From Burkholderiales bacterium (GTDB taxonomy: Bacteria > Pseudomonadota > Gammaproteobacteria > Burkholderiales > SG8-39), in the NCBI GenBank assembly GCA_036390555.1, contig DASWBP010000090.1, positions 1-44,722 on the forward strand: a DNA stretch of 44,722 nucleotides, given 5' to 3'. Under the pieces are notes generated by a model that made no database searches, had not been told where the DNA came from, and saw only the letters and a program-made list of their open reading frames with translations. The position numbers were made by a program, and so were the translations under genes. Shown here one piece after another: positions 28,305-38,082 of the stretch. The number at the start of each line of letters is the position of its first letter. Position 1 is the first letter of the stretch.

Positions 28305-28697
28305 CGGCGCGGCGGGAGCGTCCCCGCCTTCGGAAGCTCCAGCGCCCTGGCGCATGGGCATCGCGCAGGCGTAACCTCGCGTGCGTTTGCCGGTCGGCAC
28401 GCGATCGCTAACCGGCGTAGAATGATCTTGAGCACCATCGAGTCTGGCGCAAGGTGCTCGAGATCAAGCGCTACTTCGGCTGAGAAATCTTTCACAGCCA
28501 GCCCGCCTGGCAGTCCAGGCTGCCGTCCGACCCGTTGCTCATCCTGACGCGCGGCCATACCCCGCGCGATGCTTTTGCACTTCTGCGGCCACGCACGAGT
28601 GACCGCGAACGTAAGGCGTCAGACCGGCGTGCACGCGGCTGCGGCGCTGACTTGGATACCGACACCAACCATGAATCACCAGAGGAGCAGCTATCAG

Positions 28698-29510
28698 ATG
28701 AATCCCAACAAGGCAATGTGGGAAAAAGGCGACTTCACGCGGATCGCGGAGACCATGCGCGAAAGCGGAGAAGCGCTCGTCGAGAAGTTCGGCATCACGA
28801 AAGGCATCAAGGTGCTCGACCTTGGATGCGGTGACGGAACGACCGCCATCCCCCAGGCGCAACGCGGCGCCGACGTACTGGGCGTCGACATTGCGAGCAA
28901 CCTCGTCGCCGCCGGCAACAAGCGCGCAAGCGACCTGGGTCTCGACAACTGCAGGTTTCAGGAGGGCGATGCCTCCGACATGCAGGGGATGCAGGATCGG
29001 AGCTTCGACCTGCTGGTGAGCATCTTCGGCGCGATGTTCGCGCCCAAGCCGTTCGATGTCGCGAAGGAGATGATCCGCGTCACTCGGCCCGGGGGACGCA
29101 TCATCATGGGCAACTGGATCCCCAACGATCCGACGCTGGTCGCGCAGATCCTGAAGATCAGTTCGGCGTTCACGCCCCCGCCGCCAGAAGGCTTCGTGAG
29201 CCCGATGACCTGGGGCGTCGAGAGCAGCGTCACCGAGCGCTTTGCCGCTGCCGGGGTTCCGGCCGACAAGATCACCTTCGCGCGCGACACGTTTACGTTC
29301 AACTGTCCCGGTGCGCCGGCGGAGTTCGTCGGCCGGTTCAAGAACTACTACGGGCCGACCATGAATGCCTTCGAAGCCGCAGGCAAGAGCGGGCGCGTTG
29401 CGGATCTGCAGAAGCAGCTGGAGGACCTGTTCGAGACACAGAACAGGAGCTCGCGGAAGGACACGACCTCCATTCCCGCGACGTTCTTGCGCGTGACCGT
29501 CGCGCCTTAG
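28698..29510 (+). CDS. class I SAM-dependent methyltransferase
   Basis: Motif [16 protein letters not shown] lies 8 nt upstream of ATG 28698; an in-frame ATG at 28671 is also possible. Confidence 0.85.
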   Translation: MNPNKAMWEKGDFTRIAETMRESGEALVEKFGITKGIKVLDLGCGDGTTAIPQAQRGADVLGVDIASNLVAAGNKRASDLGLDNCRFQEGDASDMQGMQDRSFDLLVSIFGAMFAPKPFDVAKEMIRVTRPGGRIIMGNWIPNDPTLVAQILKISSAFTPPPPEGFVSPMTWGVESSVTERFAAAGVPADKITFARDTFTFNCPGAPAEFVGRFKNYYGPTMNAFEAAGKSGRVADLQKQLEDLFETQNRSSRKDTTSIPATFLRVTVAP

Positions 29511-30691
29511 TAGGACGGATCGCGCGCGAGGCGCACGCCGCTGAACTGCCAGCGCGCCGAGGAGGGGAAGAAGTTGCGGTAGCTCGGCCGCAGGTGGCCC
29601 GGCGGCGTGGCGCGCGAGCCGCCGCGCAGCACGTACTGGTTGGACATGAACTTGCCGTTGTATTCGCCTACCGCGCCCGGCGCCGGCCGGTAGCCCGGAT
29701 AGGGGCCGTAGCTGCTCGAAGTCCACTGCCAGACGTCGGCGAAGGCGCCGCCCACGGCCTCGAGCTCGAACTCGGTGGGCAGGCGCGCCTGCGACCAGCG
29801 CGCAAACGCATCCGCCTCGAAGTGGCTGATGTGCGTGACCGGCGCATCGGGATCGAGCGCCTGCAGGCCGTGCAAGGTGAATTCCAGCCAGGCGCCGTCG
29901 CGCTTGCGCCAATAAAGCGGTGCTTCCCAGCGCTGCGCCTGCGCCATCGTCCAGCCCTCCGACAGCCACAGCTCGGGCCTGCGATAGCAGCCATCCACGA
30001 TGAACGCGAGGTATTCGGCGTTGGTGGCAGGGCGGCTCGCCAGCTCGAAGGGCTCGAGCAGCACGCGGTGGCGTGGCAGCTCGTTGTCGAAGGCGAAGCC
30101 CGCGCCGCCATGGCCGATCTGCGCTTCGCCGCCGGGATGCGCTGCCCAGGAAAGCGGCACGCCCGCCGCTCGCGCGGGCGAACCCGCGCGCCAGGCGGGG
30201 GCGAGCGGATTGAGCGAGAGCAGGTGCTTCACGTCGGTGACGATCAGCTCCTGGTGCTGCTGCTCGTGATGCAGCCCGAGCTCGATGAGCGCGAGCGCGT
30301 CGGCGGACAGCGTGCGGCCGGCAAGCAGCGCGCGCATGCGCTCGTCCACCTGCGCGCGGTAGCGAAGTACCTCGTCGAGCCCCGGGCGCGACAGCATGCC
30401 GCGCTGGGGGCGGGCAAACTGCTCGCCCACGCCGTTGTAATAGGAATTGAAGAGAAAGCGGAACTCCGGACGGAACGGCCGGTAGGCGGCGTCGAACCGC
30501 TCGAGGACGAAGGTTTCGAAGAACCAGGTGGTGTGCGCGAAGTGCCACTTCACCGGGCTCGCGTCGGGCATGGACTGCAACGCGCAGTCCTCCGCGCCGA
30601 GGCCGTCGGCCAGGCGCACGGTGGCCCCGCGTACTGAGGGGAAACGCTCCGCCAGCTCGCCTTGGGCGAGCGGCGCGTGATCGGCTTTCAT
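29507..30691 (-). CDS. egtB: ergothioneine-type sulfoxide synthase EgtB family (DinB_2 plus FGE-sulfatase fold)
   Basis: [22 protein letters not shown], iron motif HHEQQHQE (HxxxHxE), [26 protein letters not shown] and [19 protein letters not shown]. Confidence 0.85.
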   Translation of the reverse strand: MKADHAPLAQGELAERFPSVRGATVRLADGLGAEDCALQSMPDASPVKWHFAHTTWFFETFVLERFDAAYRPFRPEFRFLFNSYYNGVGEQFARPQRGMLSRPGLDEVLRYRAQVDERMRALLAGRTLSADALALIELGLHHEQQHQELIVTDVKHLLSLNPLAPAWRAGSPARAAGVPLSWAAHPGGEAQIGHGGAGFAFDNELPRHRVLLEPFELASRPATNAEYLAFIVDGCYRRPELWLSEGWTMAQAQRWEAPLYWRKRDGAWLEFTLHGLQALDPDAPVTHISHFEADAFARWSQARLPTEFELEAVGGAFADVWQWTSSSYGPYPGYRPAPGAVGEYNGKFMSNQYVLRGGSRATPPGHLRPSYRNFFPSSARWQFSGVRLARDPSY

Positions 30692-30789
30692 CCTCCTCCA
30701 GTCGGCTCCGGTGGCCGGATCCTGACACCGACTATACGCCCGGAGGTGGGGCGCCCGTCTACCGCAAGATTACGTACGCGCCGGCGCGC

Positions 30790-31290
30790 TCAGCCGGGTG
30801 GTGGCAGTTGCTCCGGATCCTCCGCCCAGGTCGCGGAGGGCCTGGGCGTGAGCGCGATCCACTTGTCGAGAGCCTCGACGTGGCCGGCTTCCTCGTCGGC
30901 GAACTCCTTCGCCAGGCGCACGAGCTCGGCATCCTGCGCGCCGGCGGCGACCGAGCGGTAGTACAGCAGCGCGCGAACCTCGTTCTCGCGCGCGTACTTG
31001 AGCGCCTGGTAGGGCGTGAGCGTGGAGTCGAACGCTTCCTCGCCGCCCACCTCGGGCGGCGTGCGCCAGCGAAACTGCCATGACCGCAGCTGCGGCAGCT
31101 CGACACCGGTCGTCCGCCTCTGGATGTCGTCGCGGTGCATCAGCGAGAAGCGGTGCATGTCGCGAAACACGGACGAGACAGAGTCGTTCCGGTAGGACTC
31201 CATCATGTCTGCGAGCTCCAGGTAGCGGTCGGCCGCCTCCTGCTCGAGGGCGAGGGCATGTGCGAGGAATTCCGGCAGTGTGTAGCTCAT
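30790..31290 (-). CDS. ferritin-like/rubrerythrin-family di-iron protein
   Basis: Glu-rich helix motifs LEQEAADRYLE, ENEVRALLYY and EFADEEAGHVEAL. Start is ATG 31290, or ATG 31299. Confidence 0.7.
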   Translation of the reverse strand: MSYTLPEFLAHALALEQEAADRYLELADMMESYRNDSVSSVFRDMHRFSLMHRDDIQRRTTGVELPQLRSWQFRWRTPPEVGGEEAFDSTLTPYQALKYARENEVRALLYYRSVAAGAQDAELVRLAKEFADEEAGHVEALDKWIALTPRPSATWAEDPEQLPPPG

Positions 31291-31368
31291 GCGGCGCATG
31301 ATAACCAATCTGCCTGTCAGCAGGTTGGCCGTGGCACCCGGGGCCGCGCGGTCGCCGGCGGGGGCGTG

Positions 31369-32277
31369 CTAGTAGCCGGCGGCGAAATCCACCAGGTGCA
31401 GGGGCCGCTCTCCGCGGCGCACGCGCTCGACGTTTGCCACGATGCTCGGCACCGCGGTGCGCGGCTCGGTGAGCGCCGCGATGTGCGGCGTCACGGTGAC
31501 GCCGGGATGCGTCCAGAGCGGCGAGTCGGCGGGCAGCGGCTCGCTGTCGAAGACATCGAGGTAGGCGTGCGCGAGGTGGCGCGAATCCAGTGCCGCAATG
31601 AGGTCGGGCACCACCACGTGGCCGCCGCGAGCGACGTTGATCAGGGCGCCGTCCTTGCGCATGCGCGCAAGAGCGCGCTTGTCCAGGATGCCCCTCGTCT
31701 GCGCGGTGAGCGGCAGCAGGCACACGATCGCGTCACTCATCGCGAGGACCTCGTCGAGGTCGGTCGAGCAGTGCACGCCCGGAATGCTCTTTGGCCGCCG
31801 GCTCCAGCCGCAGACGCGGAAGCCGAGCGCGAGGAGCTTCTGCGCGGCGTCGGTGCCCAGCTCGCCGAGCCCCAGGATGCCGATCATGCGGTCCTGCGCC
31901 ATGAACTGGCGCCGCTGCTTCCATTTCTTCTGCCCTTGCCAGAGGCGGTAGGTCCAGAAATGCCGGTGCCAGTCGAGCACGTGCGCGAGCACTGTCTCCG
32001 ACATCGCCGCGACCATGCCGGGGTCCACCATGCGTGCGAAGGGCACGTCGCGCGGCAGCTCCGGATCTTCGAGCAGCTTCTCGACGCCCATCCACAGCGA
32101 CTGCACGAGCTTGAGCTTCGGCAACCTGCCGAAGGTGCCCTTGGGCGGCGCCGCGACCAGCGCGACGTCGATATCGGCGCGCGGCTCGAGGTGGATGCGG
32201 TCCTGCGGCAGCGCGCGCTCGAGCAGCGGCAACCAGCGCTCGGCCGGCTCGATCTTCGAGGCGAAAAGGAGGTTCAA
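31369..32277 (-). CDS. D-2-hydroxyacid dehydrogenase family (glyoxylate/hydroxypyruvate reductase A-like)
   Basis: NAD motif GILGLGELG, plus NVARGG and TPHIAA motifs. The likely TTG start at 32277 overlaps the upstream stop (TTGA). The ORF extends in frame to 32319. Confidence 0.85.
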   Translation of the reverse strand: MNLLFASKIEPAERWLPLLERALPQDRIHLEPRADIDVALVAAPPKGTFGRLPKLKLVQSLWMGVEKLLEDPELPRDVPFARMVDPGMVAAMSETVLAHVLDWHRHFWTYRLWQGQKKWKQRRQFMAQDRMIGILGLGELGTDAAQKLLALGFRVCGWSRRPKSIPGVHCSTDLDEVLAMSDAIVCLLPLTAQTRGILDKRALARMRKDGALINVARGGHVVVPDLIAALDSRHLAHAYLDVFDSEPLPADSPLWTHPGVTVTPHIAALTEPRTAVPSIVANVERVRRGERPLHLVDFAAGY

Positions 32278-33218
32278 CCGCCGGGCTTGAAGCCGGAGGC
32301 CTTGATCACCGGGCCCCATTTCTCGTAGTCGGCGCGGTGGATGCGCGCGAGCTCCTCGGCGCTGGTGCCCGTCGGCTCCAGGCCCATCGCCACCAGCTTC
32401 TGGTTGACCTCCGGCGAGCGGATCGCCTCGGCGATGGCGCCGGAGAGCCGGTCGGTCGCCTCCTTCGGCGTCTTCGCCGGCGCATAGGCGGCATACCAGC
32501 CCGCACCCTCGATGGGATAGCCGAGCTCGCGGAAGGTGGGGACGTCGGGCAGGTCGCGCGAGCGCTTCGCGCCCGAGGTGGCGAGCACGCGCACCTTCCC
32601 GGCGCGGTGCTGAGGCGCGAGGTCGGAGGTGACGCCCATGAACGCCGCAATCTGGCCGCCGAGCAGGTCGGCCATCGCCTGCGCCGAGCCCTTGTAGCCG
32701 ATGTGGTTGAGCGGCGCGCCGGCCTTTTCCGCGAACAGCAGCGAGAAGAAGTGCGGCAGGCTGCCCGGCGCGGCGGACGAATAGTTGGCGAACTTCGGCT
32801 CGCGCTTGGCGAGCGCGACGTAGTCGCCCAGGGTCGTTGCCGGCACCTGCGCGTTGACGCCGAAGGCGAAGAGGAAGTCCGCCGCGTGCGAGACCGGCGC
32901 GAAGTCGGCGAACGGATCGTAGGGCAGGCTCTGCACGTGCGGCGCGGTGACCACCGTAACGAGCGGCGTCATGACGAGCGTGAGGCCGTCGGGCGCCGCG
33001 TTCTTCACCCCCGTCATCGCGATCTGCCCGGCGGCGCCGGGGCGGTTCTCCACCACCACGGGCTGGTTGAGCGTGACGCGCATGCGCTCGGCGATGAGCC
33101 GCGTCATGGTGTCGAGGCTCGCGCCGGCCGGAAAGCCGACCAGGAACTTGACGGTGCGGTCCTGCGCGAAGGCGGGCAACGCGAGCGCAACGCCCAGCAG
33201 AAAGACGTGGATTCTCAT
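32274..33218 (-). CDS. Bug/TctC-family substrate-binding protein
   Basis: 314 aa from ATG 33218 (GGAGGAAG upstream). Signal peptide MRIHVFLLGVALALPAFAQ. Confidence 0.9.
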   Translation of the reverse strand: MRIHVFLLGVALALPAFAQDRTVKFLVGFPAGASLDTMTRLIAERMRVTLNQPVVVENRPGAAGQIAMTGVKNAAPDGLTLVMTPLVTVVTAPHVQSLPYDPFADFAPVSHAADFLFAFGVNAQVPATTLGDYVALAKREPKFANYSSAAPGSLPHFFSLLFAEKAGAPLNHIGYKGSAQAMADLLGGQIAAFMGVTSDLAPQHRAGKVRVLATSGAKRSRDLPDVPTFRELGYPIEGAGWYAAYAPAKTPKEATDRLSGAIAEAIRSPEVNQKLVAMGLEPTGTSAEELARIHRADYEKWGPVIKASGFKPGG

Positions 33219-33273
33219 CGGGGCTTCCTCCTGGCGGCCGATGTTAGCATTTGAGGCAAGAGGGGGAACGACG

Positions 33274-34143
33274 ATGGCCATCCGCAACTTCAGCGAAAAG
33301 ACGCTCACCGCCGAGGTCCTGAAGCGCGTGGGCAAAGCACCCGACGCGCGCACGCGCAAGGTGATGCAAAGCCTGGTGAAGCACCTGCACGCCTTCGTGC
33401 GCGAGGTGCGGCCGACGCAGGAGGAATGGTTCCGGGGCATCCAGTTCCTCACCGCGACCGGCCACATGTGCGACGACAAGCGCCAGGAGTTCATCCTGAT
33501 GTCGGACACGCTGGGCGTTTCGATGCTCGTGGACTTCATCAACTACGGCAAGGTGGGCAATGCCACCGAGTCCACGGTGCTCGGCCCGTTCTTCGTGGCG
33601 GGCGCGCCAGAGCTGCCGCACGGCGCGAACATCGCAAGGCCGGGAACGCCCGGCGAGCCCTGCGTCGTCAGCTGCACGGTCAGGGACATGAAAGGCGAGC
33701 CGATCGCCGGCGCGCTGGTCGACGTGTGGGAAGCGGGCGGCGACGGCTTCTACGACGTGCAGAAGCCCGAGGGCACCAACCTGCGCGCGCGTTTTCGCTC
33801 GGACGCGCAAGGCAGGTTCCATTTCCGCTGCGTGAAGCCGGTGAGCTACCCGGTGCCCCACGACGGGCCGGTGGGCAAGATGCTGGTCGCCTGCGGGCGC
33901 CACCCGATGCGCCCCGGGCACCTGCACTTCATGATCGAGGCGCCCGGCTGCGACAAGCTCGTGACGCACCTGTTCGTGAAGGGCGACAAGTACCTCGATT
34001 CCGACGCGGTGTTCGGCGTGAAGGAGTCGCTCATCGTCAATTTCAGGAAGAACGCGGCCGGCGAAGCGGAGTGCAAGTACGACTTCGTGCTCAAGCCTGC
34101 CGGACTGCGCAAGAGCCCCAAGGCGCGCGCGCGCAGGAAGTAG
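33274..34143 (+). CDS. intradiol ring-cleavage dioxygenase (hydroxyquinol/catechol 1,2-dioxygenase type)
   Basis: 289 aa. N-terminal dimerisation-type region, VSYPVP Tyr ligand context, RPGHLHF His ligands. Confidence 0.88.
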   Translation: MAIRNFSEKTLTAEVLKRVGKAPDARTRKVMQSLVKHLHAFVREVRPTQEEWFRGIQFLTATGHMCDDKRQEFILMSDTLGVSMLVDFINYGKVGNATESTVLGPFFVAGAPELPHGANIARPGTPGEPCVVSCTVRDMKGEPIAGALVDVWEAGGDGFYDVQKPEGTNLRARFRSDAQGRFHFRCVKPVSYPVPHDGPVGKMLVACGRHPMRPGHLHFMIEAPGCDKLVTHLFVKGDKYLDSDAVFGVKESLIVNFRKNAAGEAECKYDFVLKPAGLRKSPKARARRK

Positions 34144-34194
34144 GCGGCGCGCGCGGCCGCAGCCGCGCACGCTGCCCTCAGCTACCGGCGGCGC

Positions 34195-35316
34195 TCAGTT
34201 GGCGGCCTGCAGAGTGGCGCGCACCTCGATCTTCTGACCGTTGCGCAGGATGCCGAGGCGGATGGTGTCGCCGGCCTTGAAGTCGTCCAGCCGCCCGATC
34301 AGCTTGCCGACGTTGTCCACGGCCTGGCCCTGGATCTCCACGATGATGTCGCCGGGCGTGATCGTGCCGTCGCGCGCGATGGTGGCGGCGCGCAGGCCCG
34401 CCTTGGCGGCGGCAGAATTCGGCGTGACCTTCAGGATCACCACGCCGCGCACCTTGCTCAGGCGCGCGAGGCGCTGGTTCACGCCCTCGTCGGCCTCGAC
34501 GCCGAGCAGCGGGCGCGCGTACTTGCCCGTGCGGATGAGCTGCGGCACGACGCGGTTGATGGTGTCCGCCGGCACCGCGAAGCCGATGCCTGCCGAGGCG
34601 CCCGAGGGGCTGTAGATCGCCGTGTTCATGCCGATCAGGCGCCCGGCGGAGTCGAGCAGCGGTCCGCCCGAGTTGCCGGGGTTGATCGCCGCGTCGGTCT
34701 GGATCAGGTGCTCGATGCTGACGCCGTTCTCGCTGGGCAGCGAGCGGTCGAGCGCCGACACCACGCCGGTGGTGAGCGACCAATCGAGGCCGAACGGGTT
34801 GCCGATGGCGTACACCTTCTGTCCGACGCGCAGGTCGTCGCTCGTGCCGAGCGGCACGGCCGGCGGCGGCTTGTCCTTGACGCTGATCTTCAGCACGGCG
34901 ATGTCGTGCGCCGGGCTCACGCCGACCAGCTGCGCCGGGTGGTCGCGCCCGTCGGCAAGGCGCACCATGGCGCCGCTGGCGCCCTGGATCACGTGGAAGT
35001 TCGTGACCACATGGCCCGCGTTGTCCCAGATGAAGCCGGAGCCGGTGCCGCGCGGCACGGTCAGTACGTTGCGCGAGAAGAAGTCGCGCACCTGCTGCCG
35101 CGTGCTGATGAACACCACCGTGTCGCGCGCGCGCTCGAAAAGCGCGATCGTCGCCCGCTCCTCGGGGTCGAGCTCGCCGCGCGGCGACACCGCGCGCGGC
35201 TGCGCTGCGGCGACGCCCTGCCAGGCGAGCAGCGCCGCCAGGACGAGGCTGACTACGCGTGCGCGGTGGCCCTCCCGCGCGCCGCGCGGCATGTGCGCGA
35301 TTTGCGTGAGGCGCAT
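34195..35316 (-). CDS. periplasmic HtrA/DegP-like S1C serine protease with one PDZ domain
   Basis: Signal peptide present. Intact triad motifs VVTNFHVI, HDIAVLKI and GNSGGPLLD. Start is ATG 35316 (shares 1 nt with the upstream stop) or ATG 35292. Confidence 0.9.
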   Translation of the reverse strand: MRLTQIAHMPRGAREGHRARVVSLVLAALLAWQGVAAAQPRAVSPRGELDPEERATIALFERARDTVVFISTRQQVRDFFSRNVLTVPRGTGSGFIWDNAGHVVTNFHVIQGASGAMVRLADGRDHPAQLVGVSPAHDIAVLKISVKDKPPPAVPLGTSDDLRVGQKVYAIGNPFGLDWSLTTGVVSALDRSLPSENGVSIEHLIQTDAAINPGNSGGPLLDSAGRLIGMNTAIYSPSGASAGIGFAVPADTINRVVPQLIRTGKYARPLLGVEADEGVNQRLARLSKVRGVVILKVTPNSAAAKAGLRAATIARDGTITPGDIIVEIQGQAVDNVGKLIGRLDDFKAGDTIRLGILRNGQKIEVRATLQAAN

Positions 35317-36419
35317 CAGGCCGTGCCCCACACCTCGCGCGCGACCTCGACGATCAGCGCGAGCTTCTTCCACTGGTCTTCCTGGGAGAGCACGTTGCCA
35401 TGGTGCGTGCTGGAAAAGCCGCATTGCGGCGACAGGCACAGGTTCTCCAGCGGCACGAACTTCGCCGCCTCGTCGATGCGGCGCTTCAGCATCGCCTTGT
35501 CCTCGATCTGCCCGACCTTGGTGGTGACCAGGCCGAGCACCACCTTCTTTCCCCTGGGCAGGGCCCGCAGCGGCTCGAAGGTGCCGGCGCGCGCCGAATC
35601 GAACTCCATGAAGAAGCCGTCCACGTTCGCCGAGAACATCGCCTCGGCGACCGGGTCGTAGCCGCCCTCGGCGACCCAGGCGCTCTTGAAGTTGCCGCGG
35701 CAGGTGTGCATGGTCACCGTCATTCCGGCGGGCCTGTCCTTGAGTGCCGCGTTGATGGTGTCGGCGTAGCGGCGCGGCAGCTTCGCCGGGTCGTCGCCGT
35801 TCCTGCGGCAGTTCTCCTGGATCTTCGGGTCGCACAGGTAGGCGAAGGCCGTGTCGTCGAGCTGCAGGTAGGTGCAGCCCGCTTTGGCGAGGTGCGCGAT
35901 CGCCTTGCGATAAGCCGCGGCGACGTCGTCCCAGAACAGCCCGAGGTCCGGGTACGCGTCCTTCGAGATCGCGTTGCGCCCGCCCCTCAGGTGCAGCATC
36001 GAAGGCGAGGGGATGGTGAACTTGGGCGTCGCCTTCGCCACCGACTTCAGGAAGGCGAAATGCTCGGCCATGATGGGCTTCGAGCAATCCACCTTGCCGA
36101 TCACGGTGGCGATCGGCGGCTGCTCCTCGGTGCCGCCGAACTTCGGTCCGGGGTTGGCGATGGTCTTCACGCCGTCGAGCTGCTCGAGGAAATCGAGGTG
36201 CCACCAGTCGCGGCGGAACTCGCCGTCGGTCACGGCCTTGAGGCCGATCTCCTCCTGCTTCCTCACCGCCTCGCGGATCGAGCGGTCTTCGATTTCCTTC
36301 AGCTTCTCGGCGCCAAGAGCGCCTTGCTTCCATTGCTTGCGCGCAGCGGCGAGCCCCGCGGGGCGCAGCAGGCTGCCGACCTGGTCGGCGCGGTACGGAG
36401 GCTTCATGGCGCGCATCAT
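35316..36419 (-). CDS. cobalamin-independent methionine synthase II family (MetE C-terminal-domain-like) protein
   Basis: 367 aa. YRADQVGSLLRP, TDGEFRR, and Zn-site contexts MHTCRGN and PQCGFS. Confidence 0.85.
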   Translation of the reverse strand: MMRAMKPPYRADQVGSLLRPAGLAAARKQWKQGALGAEKLKEIEDRSIREAVRKQEEIGLKAVTDGEFRRDWWHLDFLEQLDGVKTIANPGPKFGGTEEQPPIATVIGKVDCSKPIMAEHFAFLKSVAKATPKFTIPSPSMLHLRGGRNAISKDAYPDLGLFWDDVAAAYRKAIAHLAKAGCTYLQLDDTAFAYLCDPKIQENCRRNGDDPAKLPRRYADTINAALKDRPAGMTVTMHTCRGNFKSAWVAEGGYDPVAEAMFSANVDGFFMEFDSARAGTFEPLRALPRGKKVVLGLVTTKVGQIEDKAMLKRRIDEAAKFVPLENLCLSPQCGFSSTHHGNVLSQEDQWKKLALIVEVAREVWGTA

Positions 36420-36432
36420 AATTTATCTGCGC

Positions 36433-37161
36433 TCAGCGCAGGCTCGCGTAGGCGAACCAGACGCCGACGCCGACGAGCGTCCAGGCGACCGCGGCGGTGA
36501 GCGCGCGGCCGGAAAGCCGGGCCGAGAGGCGCGCCCCCGCCCACGTGCCGGCGATGAGCAGCGCCGCGAGCGTGAGCGCGAGCGGCAGATCGACCTGGCC
36601 CTCGGCGGCATACACCGCCGTCGCCGCCGCGGTGATCGGCATCCCCGCGGTCACGCCCAGGGCGATCGCCGCAGTCACGGGCGTGCGCAGCGCAAGGAGG
36701 ATCGGAATCAGCATCACCGGCCCGCCCGTTCCCGAGATCGCCGAGCCGTAGCCGACGAAGAGACCGAGGAACGCCAGCAAAGTGGCGCCGGGAATGCGCC
36801 CTGCGGCAACCTGGCGCGAGAGGAGGGCGTGCGCGCCAGATCCGAAAGCGAGCGCAGCGACGAACAGGCGCACGCCGGTATCGGGCAGGCGGTCGAGCGT
36901 CGCTGCACCGAGCGCCGCGCCGCAGGCCGCAGCGACGCACAGCGCGGCCACCGGCCGCGCGGGCAGTTGCGCGCGGCGCAGGTGGATGAACGCCGAGTAC
37001 AGGCCGGAAAACAGGAACCCGAGCATGCAGGCCGCGACGGCCCTCTCGAGCGGCAGGCCGGCGGCGCCGGTGAGCACCGGCACCAGCAGCACGCCGCCGA
37101 TGCCCGTCAGGCCGACGAGCAGGCCCGCGGCGAGCGCGGTCACGCCGACGACCCAGATCAA
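36433..37161 (-). CDS. TauE/SafE family sulfite/anion exporter
   Basis: 242 aa with 7-8 TM segments and the LVGLTGIGGVLLVPVL motif. TTG start overlaps the upstream stop (TTGA). Confidence 0.85.
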   Translation of the reverse strand: MIWVVGVTALAAGLLVGLTGIGGVLLVPVLTGAAGLPLERAVAACMLGFLFSGLYSAFIHLRRAQLPARPVAALCVAAACGAALGAATLDRLPDTGVRLFVAALAFGSGAHALLSRQVAAGRIPGATLLAFLGLFVGYGSAISGTGGPVMLIPILLALRTPVTAAIALGVTAGMPITAAATAVYAAEGQVDLPLALTLAALLIAGTWAGARLSARLSGRALTAAVAWTLVGVGVWFAYASLR

Positions 37162-38078
37162 CCGGAGAGCCCGCTGCGCGTGACGCGCCCGTGCAGTTCG
37201 CGGCCGAGCACCTCCTCGCAGGTGCGCGCGGTCTCTACGAGGCCGTCGAGGGCGATGCCGGTGTCGATGCCCATGGCTTCGAAGAGGTTCACCAGGTCCT
37301 CGGTGCAGACGTTGCCGGTGTGCCCGCCGCCGTATTTCACCCTGGCGGGGTGGCCGCCCACGCCGCCGAAGGAGGCGTCGAAATGGCGCACGCCCGCCTC
37401 ATAGGCGGCGACGTAGTTGGCGAGCCCGGTGCCGCGCGTGTCGTGGAAGTGCGCGATGAGCGTCGCCTCGCGCGGCATGCGCGTGACCATCGCCGCGACC
37501 GAGCGCGGCGTGGCAAGCCCCGTCGTGTCGCCGAGCGCGACATGCGTGACGCCCAGCGCGGCAAAGCGCGCCACGTCGTTTGCCACGACCGCGGGGTCCA
37601 CCTTGCCTTCGAAGGGGCAGCCGAAGGCGACCGAGACAGTCCCCACCAGGCGGAAGCGCCCGCCAGCGAGCTTCACCATTTCTTCCACGTTCGCCCACTG
37701 CTCGGCGCGCGTGCGGTTGAGGTTCTTCTGCGTGTGCGCCTCGGTGGCCGAGACGAGCAGGCTCACCTCGTTGACGCCGAAGCCCGCCTCGAGGTCGGCG
37801 AGCGCGCGCTCGACCGCCCGCGGATTGGCGCAGGTCGCCTTGTAGAAGGTGCCCGCGCGCCGCGGCAAGGTCTTCAGCAGCTCGCTCGCGTCGGCGAACT
37901 GCGGCACCACCTTCGGATTGGAGTAGGAGGTCGCCTCGATGCGCGGGAAGCCCAGCGCCGCGAAGCGCTCGATCAGCGCGCGCTTGGTCGCCGTGGGCAC
38001 GAAGGCGGGCTCGTGCTGCAGCCCGTCGCGCGCGAAACACTCGCACAGCGTCACCTGCGCCATAGTTGACATCATCAA
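37158..38078 (-). CDS. hydroxymethylglutaryl-CoA lyase-like (HMGL family) protein
   Basis: CECFARDGLQ, DTTGLATP, HFHDTRGTGLAN. Start lies among ATG 38063, 38072, 38075 or TTG 38078. Confidence 0.88.
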   Translation of the reverse strand: MMMSTMAQVTLCECFARDGLQHEPAFVPTATKRALIERFAALGFPRIEATSYSNPKVVPQFADASELLKTLPRRAGTFYKATCANPRAVERALADLEAGFGVNEVSLLVSATEAHTQKNLNRTRAEQWANVEEMVKLAGGRFRLVGTVSVAFGCPFEGKVDPAVVANDVARFAALGVTHVALGDTTGLATPRSVAAMVTRMPREATLIAHFHDTRGTGLANYVAAYEAGVRHFDASFGGVGGHPARVKYGGGHTGNVCTEDLVNLFEAMGIDTGIALDGLVETARTCEEVLGRELHGRVTRSGLSG

Positions 38079-38082
38079 CTAT
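38062..38082. promoter_or_regulatory. 21-bp perfect palindrome ATAGTTGA-catca-TCAACTAT; candidate operator in a divergent promoter region
   Basis: Overlaps the HMGL-like start codons and a plus-strand TTGACA (38066-38071). That hexamer lies 18 nt upstream of TAGGCT (38090-38095), facing pcaH. Confidence 0.5.

Noticed and set aside
28421-28546. 41-codon plus-strand ORF (MILSTIESGARCSRSS...) in the long intergenic region
   Set aside because: No Shine-Dalgarno sequence and a low-complexity Ser/Pro/Cys-rich translation that resembles nothing I recognise. It is kept only as part of the intergenic-region finding.
28539-30728. 729-aa minus-strand ORF spanning the methyltransferase and egtB region
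   Set aside because: It is an alternative frame of egtB and antisense to the methyltransferase. It is Arg/Ala-rich, while the in-frame 394-aa EgtB reading has clear motifs.
31332-31346. TGGCAC hexamer upstream of the ferritin-like gene region, considered as a second sigma54 promoter
   Set aside because: The -12 element is absent (ccggg-GCCG instead of N5-TTGC). The motif is also on the plus strand, facing no gene.
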